A program made the position numbers and the translations under genes. Under the pieces are notes generated by a model. That model was not told the DNA's origin and did not search any database. It worked only from the letters and a program-made list of their open reading frames with translations. 64,000 nucleotides of DNA from Octopus vulgaris (lineage: Eukaryota), in assembly GCA_951406725.2 (NCBI GenBank), contig OX597840.1:15624001-15688000 (forward strand), in the 5' to 3' direction. This document shows, piece by piece, positions 1 through 12,944 of this stretch. The first letter of the stretch is position 1. The number at the start of each line of letters is the position of its first letter.

Positions 1-22
1 GAGCATCATCAAGCTTTAATAC

Positions 23-370
23 CTGCTTCGACATGGTTTCTACAGCTGGATGCCCTCCCTAATGCCAACCACTTTACAGAAAGGCCTGGGTGCTTTTCAT
101 GTGGCAACAGCACTGGCCAGGTCTGCTTCGACATGGTTTCTACAGCTGGATGCCCTCCCTAATGCCAACCACTTTACAGAAAGGCCTGGGTGCTTTTCAT
201 GTGGCAACAGCACTGGCCAGGTCTGCTTCGACATGGTTTCTACAGCTGGATGCCCTCCCTAATGCCAACCACTTTACAGAAAGGCCTGGGTGCTTTTCAT
301 GTGGCAACAGCACTGGCCAGGTCTGCTTTGGCATGGTTTCTACAGCTGGATGCCCTTCCTAATGCCAACC
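23..370. repeat. Near-perfect tandem repeat, 100-bp unit x ~3.5, built from RTE-LINE 3'UTR sequence
   Basis: Unit ctgcttcgacatggtttctacagctggatgccctccctaatgccaaccac...ggccaggt recurs at 23, 123, 223 and partly at 323. Its tttctacagctggatgcc(c/t)tcctaa motif matches the reversed RTE 3' ends at 50910 and 53683. Confidence 0.9.
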
Positions 371-759
371 TCTTTGCAGTGAGTATCAGGTGTGTTTTTT
401 TTGTGATACCAACACTAGTGAGGTCACCAAGAAACACACAGGACAAGATTCCTCCACTGAATGGGATGTAATACAGGGAGAGGGCAGAAGAGGGTGATGG
501 AAGGGAGATTCAGCAGTTATTTCTAGTTGATCAAAAAGCCAAATTGAAGCTCTATCACCGACTTATAAGTTGTTGTAGAAACAATGTCATAATATACCAA
601 GGAGTACATTATCCAAAGTAACCTGTTTTTAAGGGAATAGACTATATCATTTGTGGCTGATTTGGTTGCTCTTTCTAGCATCCCAAGAGACTGCATGCAC
701 TCTAATTTGTTGGCTCCTATATGTGGGTGGGTGTATGTATGTGTGCATGGATGTGTATT

Positions 760-1133
760 CTTTTATTCTTTTGCTTGTTTCAGTCATTTGACTGTGGCCA
801 TGCTGGAGCATCACCTTAAAGGGTTTTAGTCAAATAAATCAACCCTTTTAAGCTTTCTACCTATTCTGTTGGGCTCTTTTGCCAAACTGCTAAGTTACAA
901 GAGCATAAACATACCAGCACCAGTTGTCAAACAGTGTTGGCGGAGACAAACACTGACACACACACACACATGATGGGCTTCTTTCAGTTTCCATCAACCA
1001 AATCCACTCGTAAGTCTTTGGTTAACCTAAGGCTATAGTGGAAGACACTTGCCCAAGGTGCCATGCAGTGGGACTGAACCCAGAACCATGTGATTGGGAG
1101 GCAAGCTTCTTACCACACAGCCAAACCTGTACC
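760..1133 (-). mobile_element. tRNA-derived SINE, family A (bipartite, internal TA/CA microsatellite)
   Basis: Reverse complement has A-box-like TGGCTGTGTGGT, B-box-like GGTTCAGTCC, ACCTTGGGCAAGT, and 3' end TGACTGAAACAAG(C/T)AAAAGA. More than 20 full or partial copies in the window. Confidence 0.85.
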
Positions 1134-1387
1134 TTATATATGTATGTGTATATGTGTTTGTATATATATATATATATTGCTCTTGCACGTGCAGCTGTGC
1201 ATGTACATGTGTGTGTGTATGTGCATATAACTCTGTGCACTTGCATGTGTGTGTGTGTGCATCTGTGCCTTCATATGGTAAAAGTTTACAAAATAATTTT
1301 GTTTTTATGTATTTCTCTAATAATCCCTGTATATTTCTGTTTTTCTTTTCTTTCTATATCCTACCCTTAACCCTCAACACTTCACAG

Positions 1388-1557
1388 ACTGGCCACACCA
1401 CAAATTACTAGAGAAGACCCTTTATTTTCAAGTGATTGACTATGACAGATTCAGCCGAGATGACCCGATCGGAGAAATTACCATTCCTTTGAACGAGGTG
1501 GATCTTACACAAAAAAAAAGCACATGGCGGTTTCTGGAACCATGCAAAGAGAGTAGG
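1388..1557 (+). CDS. Syt7: Internal coding exon, C-terminal half of a C2A domain, synaptotagmin-7-like
   Basis: Acceptor ttcacAG (1386-1387) after a pyrimidine-rich tract, donor AGG|GTAAGT (1558). Reads WPHHKLLEKTLYFQVIDYDRFSRDDPIGEITIPLNEVDLTQKKSTWRFLEPCKESR, closely resembling Syt7 C2A ([31 protein letters not shown]...W.DLKPC) with Ca2+-ligand aspartates. Intron phases 1/0. The paralog assignment is less certain than the family. Confidence 0.85.
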
Positions 1558-2924
1558 GTAAGTGTACAAGAAATGTTTGTTACTTTCTTCTGCTATAAGG
1601 CTGTGGCCATGCTGGAGTACTTAACCACTTCTGCTGGGTTTACACTTCCACAAAACAAGGAAGAGGGAAGGCGTTCTTTTATTGATGCTTGGAAAATTTT
1701 GTTTTTGTTTTTTATTATGGGGGGGGGGGTATAATGTGAAATTTATGGGGATTATGTATGAGCTCTATTGTTAATTATTATTACTGAGTGAGAAGGCAAC
1801 GCATGCCATCAAGGTGACCCTGAGGTACAAATATACAAACCCCAATATACCCATCGTGACTACCCATGCGAAAAAGGTACATCAGGCACATGCACCACAA
1901 CCATGTGTGCGTGACATGGTGGTTTCATATCAAGATAAACAGCACATAACCTTACATATGGGGGCCAGTTGGAATTTTCTTCAGATCAAGAAGCCCATAT
2001 TGTTTAAAAGTTCTGTGAATAAGTTTTGTTTTAAAGATGACAAACGAAACAGCCATGTTTCCAGAGGTAAAATATTCAAACCCCAAAGAATTCCTTTCAA
2101 CACATGGCTATGATGCCCCCCTCCACTTCTTCTGCTCATGATCAGAGAAGCACATATTATATTGTCGGCCACCAAGGAACATGCTCAACTGGTTAAGGTC
2201 AATCAACTGACAATCCATTAAGATCAGAAGCCATGAGCACCACTTGGAGCTTCAAGAACCATATTTTCAAAGTCTTGTATTAAATATACTTTGACCATTC
2301 CTTCTCCACCAACATCACATCATTCTGTGTTACATTTCCAGCAATAATTATAGATTGGTTGTCTTCTGTCTGTAGACAAACCATTCCAGTTTATGTTCTT
2401 CACTTAGAAAGTGGTTTTCACACATTTGACTATCAAGAATGGAAATTTCGTTTTGGCCGAATTCCATCCCTTGATCTGCTAAAAACTTTGTTATTAGCCC
2501 CAGCTGGTTCCCCATATTTCTGGGGCTTAAAACCATCAACAAAGAATTTATGGCTTATGAACATGTTAAACTTGTGTATTTGTACATGTGTGGGCGTACA
2601 TATACAGTTAGATATATATATATATAGCTACATGGTTATAAATAGATATACTCATATATATATAGTTATAGCGTTATAAGTATATATATATATACACACA
2701 CACACATATATATATGTATGTATGTTTGTATGTATGTATATATATATATATAGTTGTATATATATATATATATATATAATTATATAATAGTTATCACTGA
2801 AGGCACGAAATTGTATTTGACCCTCCGGTCAGTAACTGATGAGCATTTGGTGACCTTCAGTGTTAGTATCCCATTTGTTCTTACATTTATTATATGTTTT
2901 TCAACTTATCATATAGTTATATGT

Positions 2925-2962
<38 letters not shown>

Positions 2963-3661
2963 GTATGTATGTAGTTACATACGCAGTGTGTATTTATGTG
3001 GGTGTGCACGTGTGCATGAGTATGTACGTGTGTGTGTGTGTGTGTATATATGTGTAGACATATATTTGTATGCATATATGAGCATACATGAATATCTATA
3101 CATACTCATTCATAAACATACTTGTATGCACGTGTCAGTTTCTTTCATACACATTTTCTCTCACTGTGTGTGTGGTGTGTGTGTATGTGCATGTATGTAT
3201 GTATTTACAGCCTTGTCCCCCATTTCTATACTCGTACCCACACCACCCACAAAGATTGCTGAGATCAGAAGGGTGCATTGAATGTATGATAGGTCGTTAG
3301 GACAACAATGTTGTTTCTTAAACAATAGTTACTATTTATATAACACATTTCTATGACACTTTTACACACATATACAGCAAAACGGTGTAAAAGAGAGTGT
3401 TTTTTTTATACATACATATATACACACACACACATGTATATATAATTATGTAATAATATATATGTGTATGTGTGCATATATATATATACATACACTCACA
3501 CACAGAGTAAGAGCAGAGTGACTGTAAATGTGTGTAAGAGGGACAGACATGCATATTTATTGTACGTTTATACTGGCATAAATGTATATATAAATGAGTG
3601 TATATATGAATGTGTGTATTATACATACATACATGTGTATGTGTGTGTGTTTATACATATC

Positions 3662-4349
3662 AGGCACAGGCATGGCTGTGTGGTAAGAAGCTTGCTCCCC
3701 TACCACATGATTCCAGGTTCAGTCCCACTGCATGGCACATTGGGCAAGTGTCTTCTACTATAGCCTTGGGCTGACCAAAGCTTTGTGAGTGGATTTGGTA
3801 GACAGAAACTGCTTGTTGTAGTTTAATTTTAAAGTTAGTGTTTAATCCTGCCTATATTTAGATTGAACACCGTTGTAGATGGGGTAAATGTGTTTGAAAG
3901 TTGTGTGTGTGTGTATGTGTTTTTTTTGCAGGGAGGTATGTTTGTTCACAAACAGCACTTATTTTAGTGCTATTGACACTGCCAGGTTGAATGGTACTGC
4001 CCAGGTGTCGAAACCATAATGATATCCGTGGGGCAGCTGATGATGGAGGTATGTTGGATTGTTGGTATGGCTGTTTTTGTATATGTGGAATAGTGTTATA
4101 ACATCCTTTTGATATGTGTGTGTCTTTATGTCTGTGTTTGTTCCCCCCACACCCACCATCACTTAACAACTGATACTGATATGTTTACATCCCAGTAACT
4201 TAGTGGTTCGGCAAAAGAGACTGACAGAATAATTACTAGGCTTACAAAGAATAAGTCCTGGGGTCGATTTCTTCAACTAAAACCCTTTAAGGTGGTGCTC
4301 CAGTATGGTCGCAGTCAAATGACTGAAACATGTAAAAGAAGAAAAGAAT
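3662..4349 (+). mobile_element. SINE family A, head (3662-3811) and tail (4120-4349) separated by unrelated sequence
   Basis: Both halves match the full copy at 18667-19066. Confidence 0.75.
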
Positions 4350-4434
4350 TTGTGCTTGCAGTTATGTGCACACATATATATGAATGTATATATGTGTGTG
4401 TGTGCATGTGTGTGTATATATATACACACACACA

Positions 4435-4571
4435 TTAGGAAGGGCATCCAGCCGTAGAAACACTGCCAGATCAGACTGGGCCTGATGCAGCCAGCCTTCT
4501 GGCTTCACAGACCCCAGTTGAACCGTCCAACCCATGCTAGCATGGAAAACGGACGCTAAATGATGATGATG

Positions 4572-4572
<1 letters not shown>
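4435..4572 (+). mobile_element. RTE LINE 3' terminal fragment with (GAT)n tail
   Basis: ttaggaagggcatccagccgtagaaa...catggaaaacggacgctaaa(tga)n matches 36925-37070. Confidence 0.8.
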
Positions 4573-4604
<32 letters not shown>

Positions 4605-5259
4605 TACATATATACATATACAAATATATACATGCATACATATATATATCTGTGTATATGTGTGTGTGTAAGTATACACACACACACACATATATGTATA
4701 TTTATATATCTGCACACATACATACATGTGTGTACATGTAGTTCTCATTGTGCTTCTGGAACAGAGATCTAAAAGAAGAGTAATAGATGCCTCCCCACCC
4801 CCTCTAAATAGTGGGGTGGAGCAGATTCTATTGAATGTATGGAAGATAATTGGGACAACAACATTGTTTGGTGAACAATAGTGGCTATTTATATATGAAC
4901 CAAACACTGGCACCATTACCACCAACATTCAAGTTAGCATCACCACCACCGCCATTATCATTCATACCACCACCATCAACACCATCATTCCTGTTACCAC
5001 AACCACCATCACCACCAACATCATTATCACCACCATCACCACCACCTCTAGCATGACCACAAATATCACCACTACCACTACTGCTACAACCACAACTGTG
5101 TGGTATTAAATGGATTTAGTATTTTTACTAATTTACTGACTAAACAACAACAGTATTGGATTCCAGTTTGCTCAAATCTACACACACTCATTCTTCCTTA
5201 TACACATACACATGCAGATACACATGCACTCACAGACATATATATATATATATATATAT

Positions 5260-5302
<43 letters not shown>

Positions 5303-5356
5303 CACACATACGTGCTGTCTATTGCTGTGTTTCTTTCATTTCTTTTGTGTCCACCC

Positions 5357-5429
<73 letters not shown>

Positions 5430-5842
5430 CAGATATATATTATGTAAATGTGTCTGTGTGTGTGTATGTTTGAGAGAGAGTGATGGAGAAAAAATTTCCC
5501 CTCTATCTGTTCATCTCTCAATTTATCTTTCTATCTGTATGTCTCTTTGTTCAACAATTTGTCTACATAGGATTCTATATGTGTCTATTTACATATTCCT
5601 ATATGTATGTACATGTACGGCTGTTTGTTTGATTATCAATGAATGCAGTTATGTGTGTGTGTCGGACATACACATGCGTGAACATACACGCACATTAACA
5701 GCAAATAAAGTGATTGATAGACTGTCACGTGATTGATAGACTGTCATTCCTCAATCAATCAGATTGCTACCATTGCTGATGATTGCAGAGAAACACGAAA
5801 CATTTAAGGTTCAATGACTGGTAGTAGAAATATCTGTTTATA

Positions 5843-6408
5843 TTGGGTTGTCCGGAAAGTTTGTACCGATTTATAGCAGTTTACCTTTCGACTTATTTTA
5901 GAACATGGTTGAGTCCATAAAATAGTATTTGACTACACCTCCATTTAGAGCACAGTTTAAGCTATCTTTTGATGGAAGAAGGTTTATGTTCCTATAACCT
6001 GTGTTACTTTTGTAACCCTTTAAAATGGAAGATAAGAAAGTTAATTTTCAGCACTTGATGCTTTGGAAGCCAGACAAAAATTGCTGCAGCTTGGCTGGGA
6101 TGTGTTACCCCACCCTCCATATTCACCAGATATTGCTCCTTTGGATTTCCACTTATTCAGGGCTCTGCAGAATAGTCTTAATGGTAAAAATTTCAATTCC
6201 TTGGATGACATAAAAAGATACCTTGATGAATTCTTTGCCATGAAACCACCTCAGTTTTGGGAAGAGGGTATTTTCAAGTTAAAGGAAAGATGGAGACGCA
6301 TTGTGCAACAAAATGGTTCATATTTGGTTGATTAAAAATGTAATGATAGGTATTTATTGACCTTTTTCTTTCCTTTAAAAATCGGCACGAACTTTCCAGA
6401 CAACCCAA
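5843..6408 (+). mobile_element. Internally deleted mariner transposon
   Basis: ~30-bp TIRs TTGGGTTGTCCGGAAAGTTTGTACCGATTT / AAATCGGCACGAACTTTCCAGACAACCCAA with TA on both sides. Transposase N-terminus MEDKKVNFQHLML (6025) is joined to the C-terminus LGWDVLPHPPYSPDIAPLDFHLF...NGSYLVD* (to 6335). Confidence 0.92.
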
Positions 6409-6541
6409 TAGAAAGTTTTGATGTGTGTGTGTGTGTGTGTGCATACATGCGTGTATACACTCACAAACACCCAAGTGTGTCCTGCCTTGCTTTGCTCAAC
6501 AACAGTTGTTGTTGTTAATGATGATAAATGAAGATGATTAA

Positions 6542-6761
6542 CCCTTTAGCATTCAGATTATTTTGCCAAATCTAATGCTTATTTATCCACGTTGTTTTGA
6601 ATTAGTCATGTATTATCTTTTAAGCTTTGAGATTGTGATGATGTGATTGTAAATTTTTAGAATTACAATACAGGGTAGGTGGAAGCGGCCAGATCTTGAC
6701 AGTCTGAACAAAAAACAATAAAATATTTGGGTTGTATGTAGCCAGTTTAAATGCTAAACGG
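6542..6761. mobile_element. piggyBac-like MITE
   Basis: TTAA-CCCTTTAGCATT ... AATGCTAAACGG-TTAG. Related decayed copies near 20862-21020 and 37830-37920. Confidence 0.6.
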
Positions 6762-6977
6762 TTAGAATATGAGTTTAAAAAATACATGCTAAAGCGTAGG
6801 AATGTGTGCAGGTGTGTGTGCTTGTGTATATCTAGATAGGTAGATAGGTAGGTAGGCAGACAGGTATGTAGGTATATAAATAGATAGGTAGATAGGGGGA
6901 GAATTCATAAAAAAACAAAAGATGAAGACAGGTGGTGTAGACAACAAACAGATGTATTAGTTTAATGCTTGGGAAGT

Positions 6978-7013
6978 CTTTAACATTTCGAGCCTATGCT
7001 CTTCCACAGAAAG
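6978..7013 (-). ncRNA. Degenerate minimal type-I hammerhead ribozyme motif (Penelope pLTR-like remnant)
   Basis: Minus strand reads CTTT-CTGTGGA-A-GAGC(atag)GCTC-GAA-ATGT-T-AAAG. Stems I and II pair; core position 6 is U rather than A. Confidence 0.55.
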
Positions 7014-7090
7014 GAACACAGAAAGAAACAAGGAGAGAAAATAGATAGATAGATTGATTGATAGATAGGTAGATAGGTAGGTAGGTAGGT

Positions 7091-7136
<46 letters not shown>

Positions 7137-7139
7137 ATG

Positions 7140-7525
7140 CTCTCCTAAATAAATTCCAATTGCTGTTCAATGAACACATTGCCTGACACCAAACTTCCTA
7201 AACAGCAGTTGGCTCCAGGTCACATAGAGGACCAAAGAAGAGATGCAAAGGTATTCCCAAGACAATCTTGAGAAGTGTAATTTAGAGTAGTCTATTTGGA
7301 AACATCATGTTAAAGGTTGCTCACTGTAGCATAATGCTGTGTACTCTCAAATACAGCAATTTGAATGAGACATGACTTGAGAAGCTAAGGAACGAAGGGC
7401 TGTGAGGCAAACAAAAGTACCATCGGATCCTTTCTCTGCTATTGCAGGCTCCCACCGTAACTGGAATTTATGCCATATTGGATTAATAAGCCACCTCAGG
7501 ATATATGAAGTGGAAAGCTGATAAC
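7140..7525 (+). mobile_element. Old, degenerate RTE (BovB-like) LINE C-terminal fragment
   Basis: Broken frames read PDTKLPKQ...GPKKRCK...IGLISHLRIY, typical of RTE C-termini. Confidence 0.5.
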
Positions 7526-8295
7526 CTAGTCTTCTTGACAGACATGGAGGGATAAATGTCTTCTACTATAAGCTGAGACCAATCAAAGAATTGTGAGTGG
7601 ATCTGATTGGCAGAAGTGAAAAAGATTTTGTATTTGTGTGTGTTTTTTTGCATGTGTGTGAGTGCATGTGCATATGTATGTACATGTGAGTGTGTGTGTT
7701 TGTATGTGTATGTTTATGTCTCCTAGTCTTGACAATACACTAAATGTAAACAAATATCACCATCATGGAAAGAAGTGTCATTCGTTTATTTTGAAGGAGG
7801 AGGGGAAATATTAGTTTGTTTAGAAATAAGTGAGGGTCAGCGACAGGAAGAGCATCCAGCCATAGAAAATGTACCTCATTCATTCAAGCATGGAAAAGTA
7901 GACATTAAAATGATGATGATGATGACGATGACACTGATAAAGAATATGACAATGATAATGATGATAATGAAGAGGAAGAGGAGGTTCTCTGTGAGACATC
8001 CATTAAGTTATGGAAATCACACAGTGGCTCTTGGTTCAATGTTTCTTTTGTTCTAGCCCTCTCTCAGTTGGTTGTTATTAGCAATGCCTGGAGATGATTC
8101 AAAAAATCTGTAATGCATCTACATTGGACAACTGAGGGAGGAACTGATGGCAGGAAGTTCCATTTCGGAAACAGGAAGTTTGTAAATCGATGTTAACACA
8201 TCTCTCTACCTGTTCATTATCTTCAATATTACAATACTGCTGTCAGTTATCTTTTGTCATAGACAGCTTCTGATTTTGAAGGAAATTCCCACTAA

Positions 8296-9220
8296 CCTAA
8301 GATTCCACAAAAACAGAACCGGTTAATGACTTTCACTAAAATCATTGTTGCACCTGCAACAGTCTGTATCATTGTTGACAGCGCAAAAGTTGTTCATGCA
8401 TCGATTAATCGGTTTGAGAGAACAAACCTATGTAATATAGTGACTGATACAAAGTTTTAGCGAGTCTTATTACAGGGGTCATTGAAACTGGAAACTCTGA
8501 TATCATTTGGGCGAATTAATATTGATTATTACTAATGTGAGATTCCACAAAAACAGCAATGGTTAATCACTTTTACCAATATTATTACTGCACCTGCAGT
8601 AGTTTGTGTCGTTGTTGAGTACAGCACTTGCAACAGTTGTCTCTGCACTGATAGATCAATTTGGGAGGACAAACCTATGTCATATAGTGATAGATACTAA
8701 GTTTTAGCAAGTCTTATTACAGGAGTCATTGAAAGTGGAAGCTGTAATAGCATACAGGTGAATTAATATTAATTATTACTAACCTGGGATTCCACAAAAA
8801 CAGCAACAGTTAATCACTTTTACCAAAATTATTACTGCACCTGCAGCAGTCTGAGTCATTGTTGAGTGCAACACATGCAATAGTTGTCCGAGCGTTGATA
8901 GATTCAGTTTGGGAGAAGAAATCCATGGTATACAGTGATTGATAGAGTTTTACTGAGTGTTATTACAGAAGTCATGAAGATGGCAAGCTGGCAGAATCAT
9001 TAGCACACTGGGAAAAATTCTTAGCAGCATTTCATTTGTCCTTATGTTCTGAGTTCAAATTCCACCGAGGTTGATTTTTGCCTTTCGTCCTTTCAGAGTG
9101 TGATGAAATAAGTACCAATTGAATATTGGGTCAATGTAATTAACTTACATCTTCTCATGCCAAAATCTGAAACCATTATAACAGAAGTCATTGAAACTGG
9201 AAGCTGTAATAGCATAAGTG
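8296..9220. repeat. Diverged tandem repeat, ~240-248-bp unit x ~3, last unit interrupted by a SINE
   Basis: gattccacaaaaacag at 8301, 8541 and 8789, with shared gtcattgaaactggaa and aaacctatgt motifs. Confidence 0.85.
8976..9178 (+). mobile_element. tRNA-derived SINE, family B, with target-site duplication
   Basis: Head GGCAAGCTGGCAGAATCATTAGC, B-box GAGTTCAAATTCC, core GCCTTTCxTCCTTTC...AATAAGTACCA (resembles the Meta/MESC-type SINE core; not verified). acagaagtcat is duplicated on both flanks. Confidence 0.8.
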
Positions 9221-10619
9221 CAAATGGTTGAGAGGTGTCAGAGGTCACAGTTAAATTGAAAATTAACAAATCTCAAATTTATCTCAAACCAGCTCCAATA
9301 TTTCTAATAAATTTTTATCATGATTCAATAACGTCCATCTTCAAAATTTCTTTAACATTTGGTATGGTTGTCCCACTCCAAAACCAACAATTTTTAGTTC
9401 CTGATTTTAGTAATAAAACCTGGTCACATTGACAATGATAAGGATCATCATCATAATCATCAGTTTATTCCTTTGACCCTTTTGATACTAACCTGCTGAA
9501 AACTGCCCCTGATTCTAGGATACAAATTCCCTGTTTTATAATAATCTAAATCAAAGACTTTGTAGTGGTGCAGGTAGCTAAATAGTTGAATGATCTCCCT
9601 TGCAAGAAAGATTATAGAGTAACCTCCCTTTTCTAAGTTTCTCAAAGCATCTGTGTCATGAGACGTGATTCTTAATTATTCAAGAAGTTTAGCATTTCTC
9701 CTGGAAGTTTCTAGAATGTCTAACATTCCATTAATAAAAACAGTTTGCTAACCCAGTTCTTTGCTTCTTAGTCAAATAGACTTAAACCATTCACATCATT
9801 GCTATGTCCATCTATTTCTCTATGCCACATGACTGAAAACCACCACTGTTATTTCTACATTTCCTATCTCTGAACTTTCTTGCATAGATTACTTCATTCA
9901 ACTAGATTCTACATTTTGATTCTATGTACCATCATCAACCAGTAAATAAAATATATTTTTATGTAGTAAATATATAGATCTTGAATTTAATCTTTCATCT
10001 CTTTATGAACTATTGTTATAAGATAACACAACCACATCAACACCTTGTACTGACTATATATTTCCACTACAACTTCAATCAAAACTTCATGTTAATTTCT
10101 GTTCCAAACACCAGCTTCAAAATGACTAAGCTACTGTACTAAATTCCTCGTTATTTTCAAAATCAATTGAAATGATGACAGAATGTTTCTGTTTCAACAG
10201 AAATATGGTAACAAAAGGGTTAACATCTGGCTTCTCTACTGGCATGGTGTGTGATATTGATGATGATGGTGATGATGATTCTAGTTTATCTCCCTCAACA
10301 ACCCAACTTTGGATCCTCTCAGTATATATTTCACAGTTCTTGCCTGGAAACAAAGGAGTCACCAAGCAAAAAATATCGACCTACATCCATGCAATTGAAT
10401 AACACTTTCACACCTTAAAAATTTGCAACACTCTGGCAATATTAAAAATGCCATTTTTTTTTTGTTTTGACATGTTTTTGTCTTCTCTTGTTTCTCTCCC
10501 CTCTCCCTCCTCTTTTATTTTATTTTCCATCTTCTTCTTCATCTCACCCTTGTCTTCTCTTGTCCTCATTCTCTCTTCTGTGTTCACTTCAAACCATTTC
10601 CAGTCGACACTTTCGTTTC

Positions 10620-11036
10620 ACCATGATGATGGTGATGATGATGATGTTGATGATGACGATCTTGCTAATGGTGGTGGTGGTGGTGGTGGTGATGATGATG
10701 ATGATAATGACAACAATAATGATGATGTTGACAACAATGATGATGATGATGCTGATGATAAAGGTGATGATGATAATGATAATGACGGTGATGATGGTGT
10801 TAGTGGTGATAACGATGGTGATGATGATGATGAGGATGATGATAATGGTGATGACGAAGATGATGATAATGGTGATGATAAAAATGATGATGATGATAAT
10901 GATGACTACGGTGATGATGGTGGTGGTGATGATAACGATGATGATGATGATGATGATGATGATGATAACGATGATGATGATGATGATGATGATGATGATA
11001 ACGATGATGATGATGATGATGATGACAATCATGATG
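10620..11036. repeat. Degenerate (GAT)n microsatellite
   Basis: Direct reading. Source of the poly-D/M/I/H ORFs. Confidence 0.95.
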
Positions 11037-11294
11037 GAAAGAGAAGCAAGCGAGTAGAAAAATCCTAAATAAAGAAACAAGACTAACACTAAAAACACAA
11101 CAGCTGAACACAATGGCATCTGTTGACACCTTCTTCAAGACATTTTTCTCAGTGTCTCCTTCTGCTCCTCATCTTACCTATCACTCCTTCTGTCATCACA
11201 CACACACACACACATGGACGACTATAAGTATTCGCCTGTGTTTTGCTCCATGACCTCAATACTGTGACATCTAACATCTTCAACACCATCAATC

Positions 11295-11700
11295 TTCATC
11301 ATCATCATCATCATCATCACCATCAACACCATTGTCATCACTAACCACTAGCATTTATCATCAGCACCATCATCACTGCCATCACAACCACCACTGCCAC
11401 TAATACTGTCAACACCTTCACCACTTCCAGCACTACTGTCAACACCACCACTACCAACACCATCACAATTACCACCACCTCCCCGCTGCTCCCTGACCAT
11501 CATCACTACTACCACACAAACCTCATGTTTTGCTATATGGAATATTATTTGTTGTGCTTGTTGTTAGTGGTGGTGGTAAGGTGGTAACAGTGGTAGTGGT
11601 AGCAGTGGTGGTGGTGGTAGCAGTGGTGGTGGTGGTAACAGTGGTAGTGGTAGCGGTGGTGGTGGTAGTAGTGCTAAGATGGTGACGGCAGTGGCATAAT
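11295..11700. repeat. (CAT/CAC)n tract followed by (GGT)n tract
   Basis: Direct reading. The two tracts are loosely complementary. Confidence 0.8.
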
Positions 11701-12944
11701 GCTCAGAAAACTGATTAAACGAGGGGAAGGCTTACACTATGGAAGGTGAATGCCGGAAGCTTCTAATTAATTTGAAGTTTTGTAAAGAGGAAGAGATAGA
11801 TAACGATGGTGGGAGGTGGAGGAGAGTGGAGAGGAGGATTGGTTTTAACGACAAGGTGGATGGAAAGGTGGGAGGAAGAAAGGGTGGGGAAGTGAACTGA
11901 AGGATCTGGTAATTGTCTTCTGTAACTAATGGTGGTGGTGGTGCAGCTAATGTCCTTGGTGGTGTTGTTGTTGTTGTTGTTATATACTGTAAATGTTTAT
12001 TGTCAGAGGTGGGGAAGTGACGAAGAGATATATGGATTATTGGGTAGAAGGATGGATGGATTGATTGGTCAACGGATTAAGGAATAGATGGGAAAGAGAA
12101 AGGTAGAGTGAGAGAGAGAAATAGAACTAGACTGAGAAAGAGGATAAATAAATGTTGTTGTTGTTGATGGTGGTGGTAGTGGTGGTGGTATTTAATCCCA
12201 GGCCAGCTCTGATCCAGTTGGCCTATGATCAAAGATATTTCAGCTGTGACCATCCCATGGTTTTAGAACCATTTAGGACAACATATACTCTCCAAATTAC
12301 ATCCAGGTTTTGTACAAACTGACAAAACCTAATTTGAAATGGACATGACTTGAGATCTTCTAGTATGTAGGGGATAGCAGGGATCTACCCCTCTACATTC
12401 AGTTTATCCTTTTTATCCCTTATAATACATATTTACCACCATATTTGTCTTTTCGTTAATCTACTTACTGATGTTTTTGGAGGGCAATAATACTAAGGGG
12501 AGCAATAATAATAAAGCATTTATTGGTACCCTACCAATATGGTATTCCTTTAAATTCAGTTTAAATGAAAGACTTGTAAGTTCACAAATTTTTGGAGTTC
12601 TTTTAAAATTTGAATATTCAGCTGTTAACATATAACAACTCCTCATCCAGACCTGATCCCAATGCTAGATGAAGAGCTAAATGAAGGGCAGATTTTCAAT
12701 CCTGGGATCATCCTGATTCCAAAAAGGTATAACATGTCTATGTAGAACAAATATAGACTGAGATACAGGGGTCCCAGACAGACAGACAGACAGAATTTTG
12801 TGTTTGTTATTATAAATTACAAAAGAAATTGAAATTTTAATGAGACAATTTACAATGATATAAAACACCTTATTGGGTGGGGGGGTGCAAGTCAGTTCCA
12901 TCCATCCAAGATCTCCACTGGTCCCTATTATAGGGTGATGATCT

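Noticed and set aside
23-370. CRISPR-like or repeat-protein interpretation of regular repeats (also 50965-51420, 16218-16590, 25761-26037)
   Set aside because: Units are contiguous with no unique spacers, the context is eukaryotic with no cas genes, and most derive from the RTE 3'UTR.
1558-1734. Extension of ORF 1432-1734 beyond KESR
   Set aside because: C2 similarity ends at a canonical GTAAGT donor, so the rest is intron read-through.
1780-2245. Probable interspersed repeat ending in short (AAT) on the minus strand
   Set aside because: Single occurrence in the window and no diagnostic motifs, so it cannot be classified from this sequence alone.
10448-11138. Poly-Asp/Met/Ile/His ORFs of 112-206 aa
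   Set aside because: Translations of a (GAT)n microsatellite, with no splice or domain evidence.
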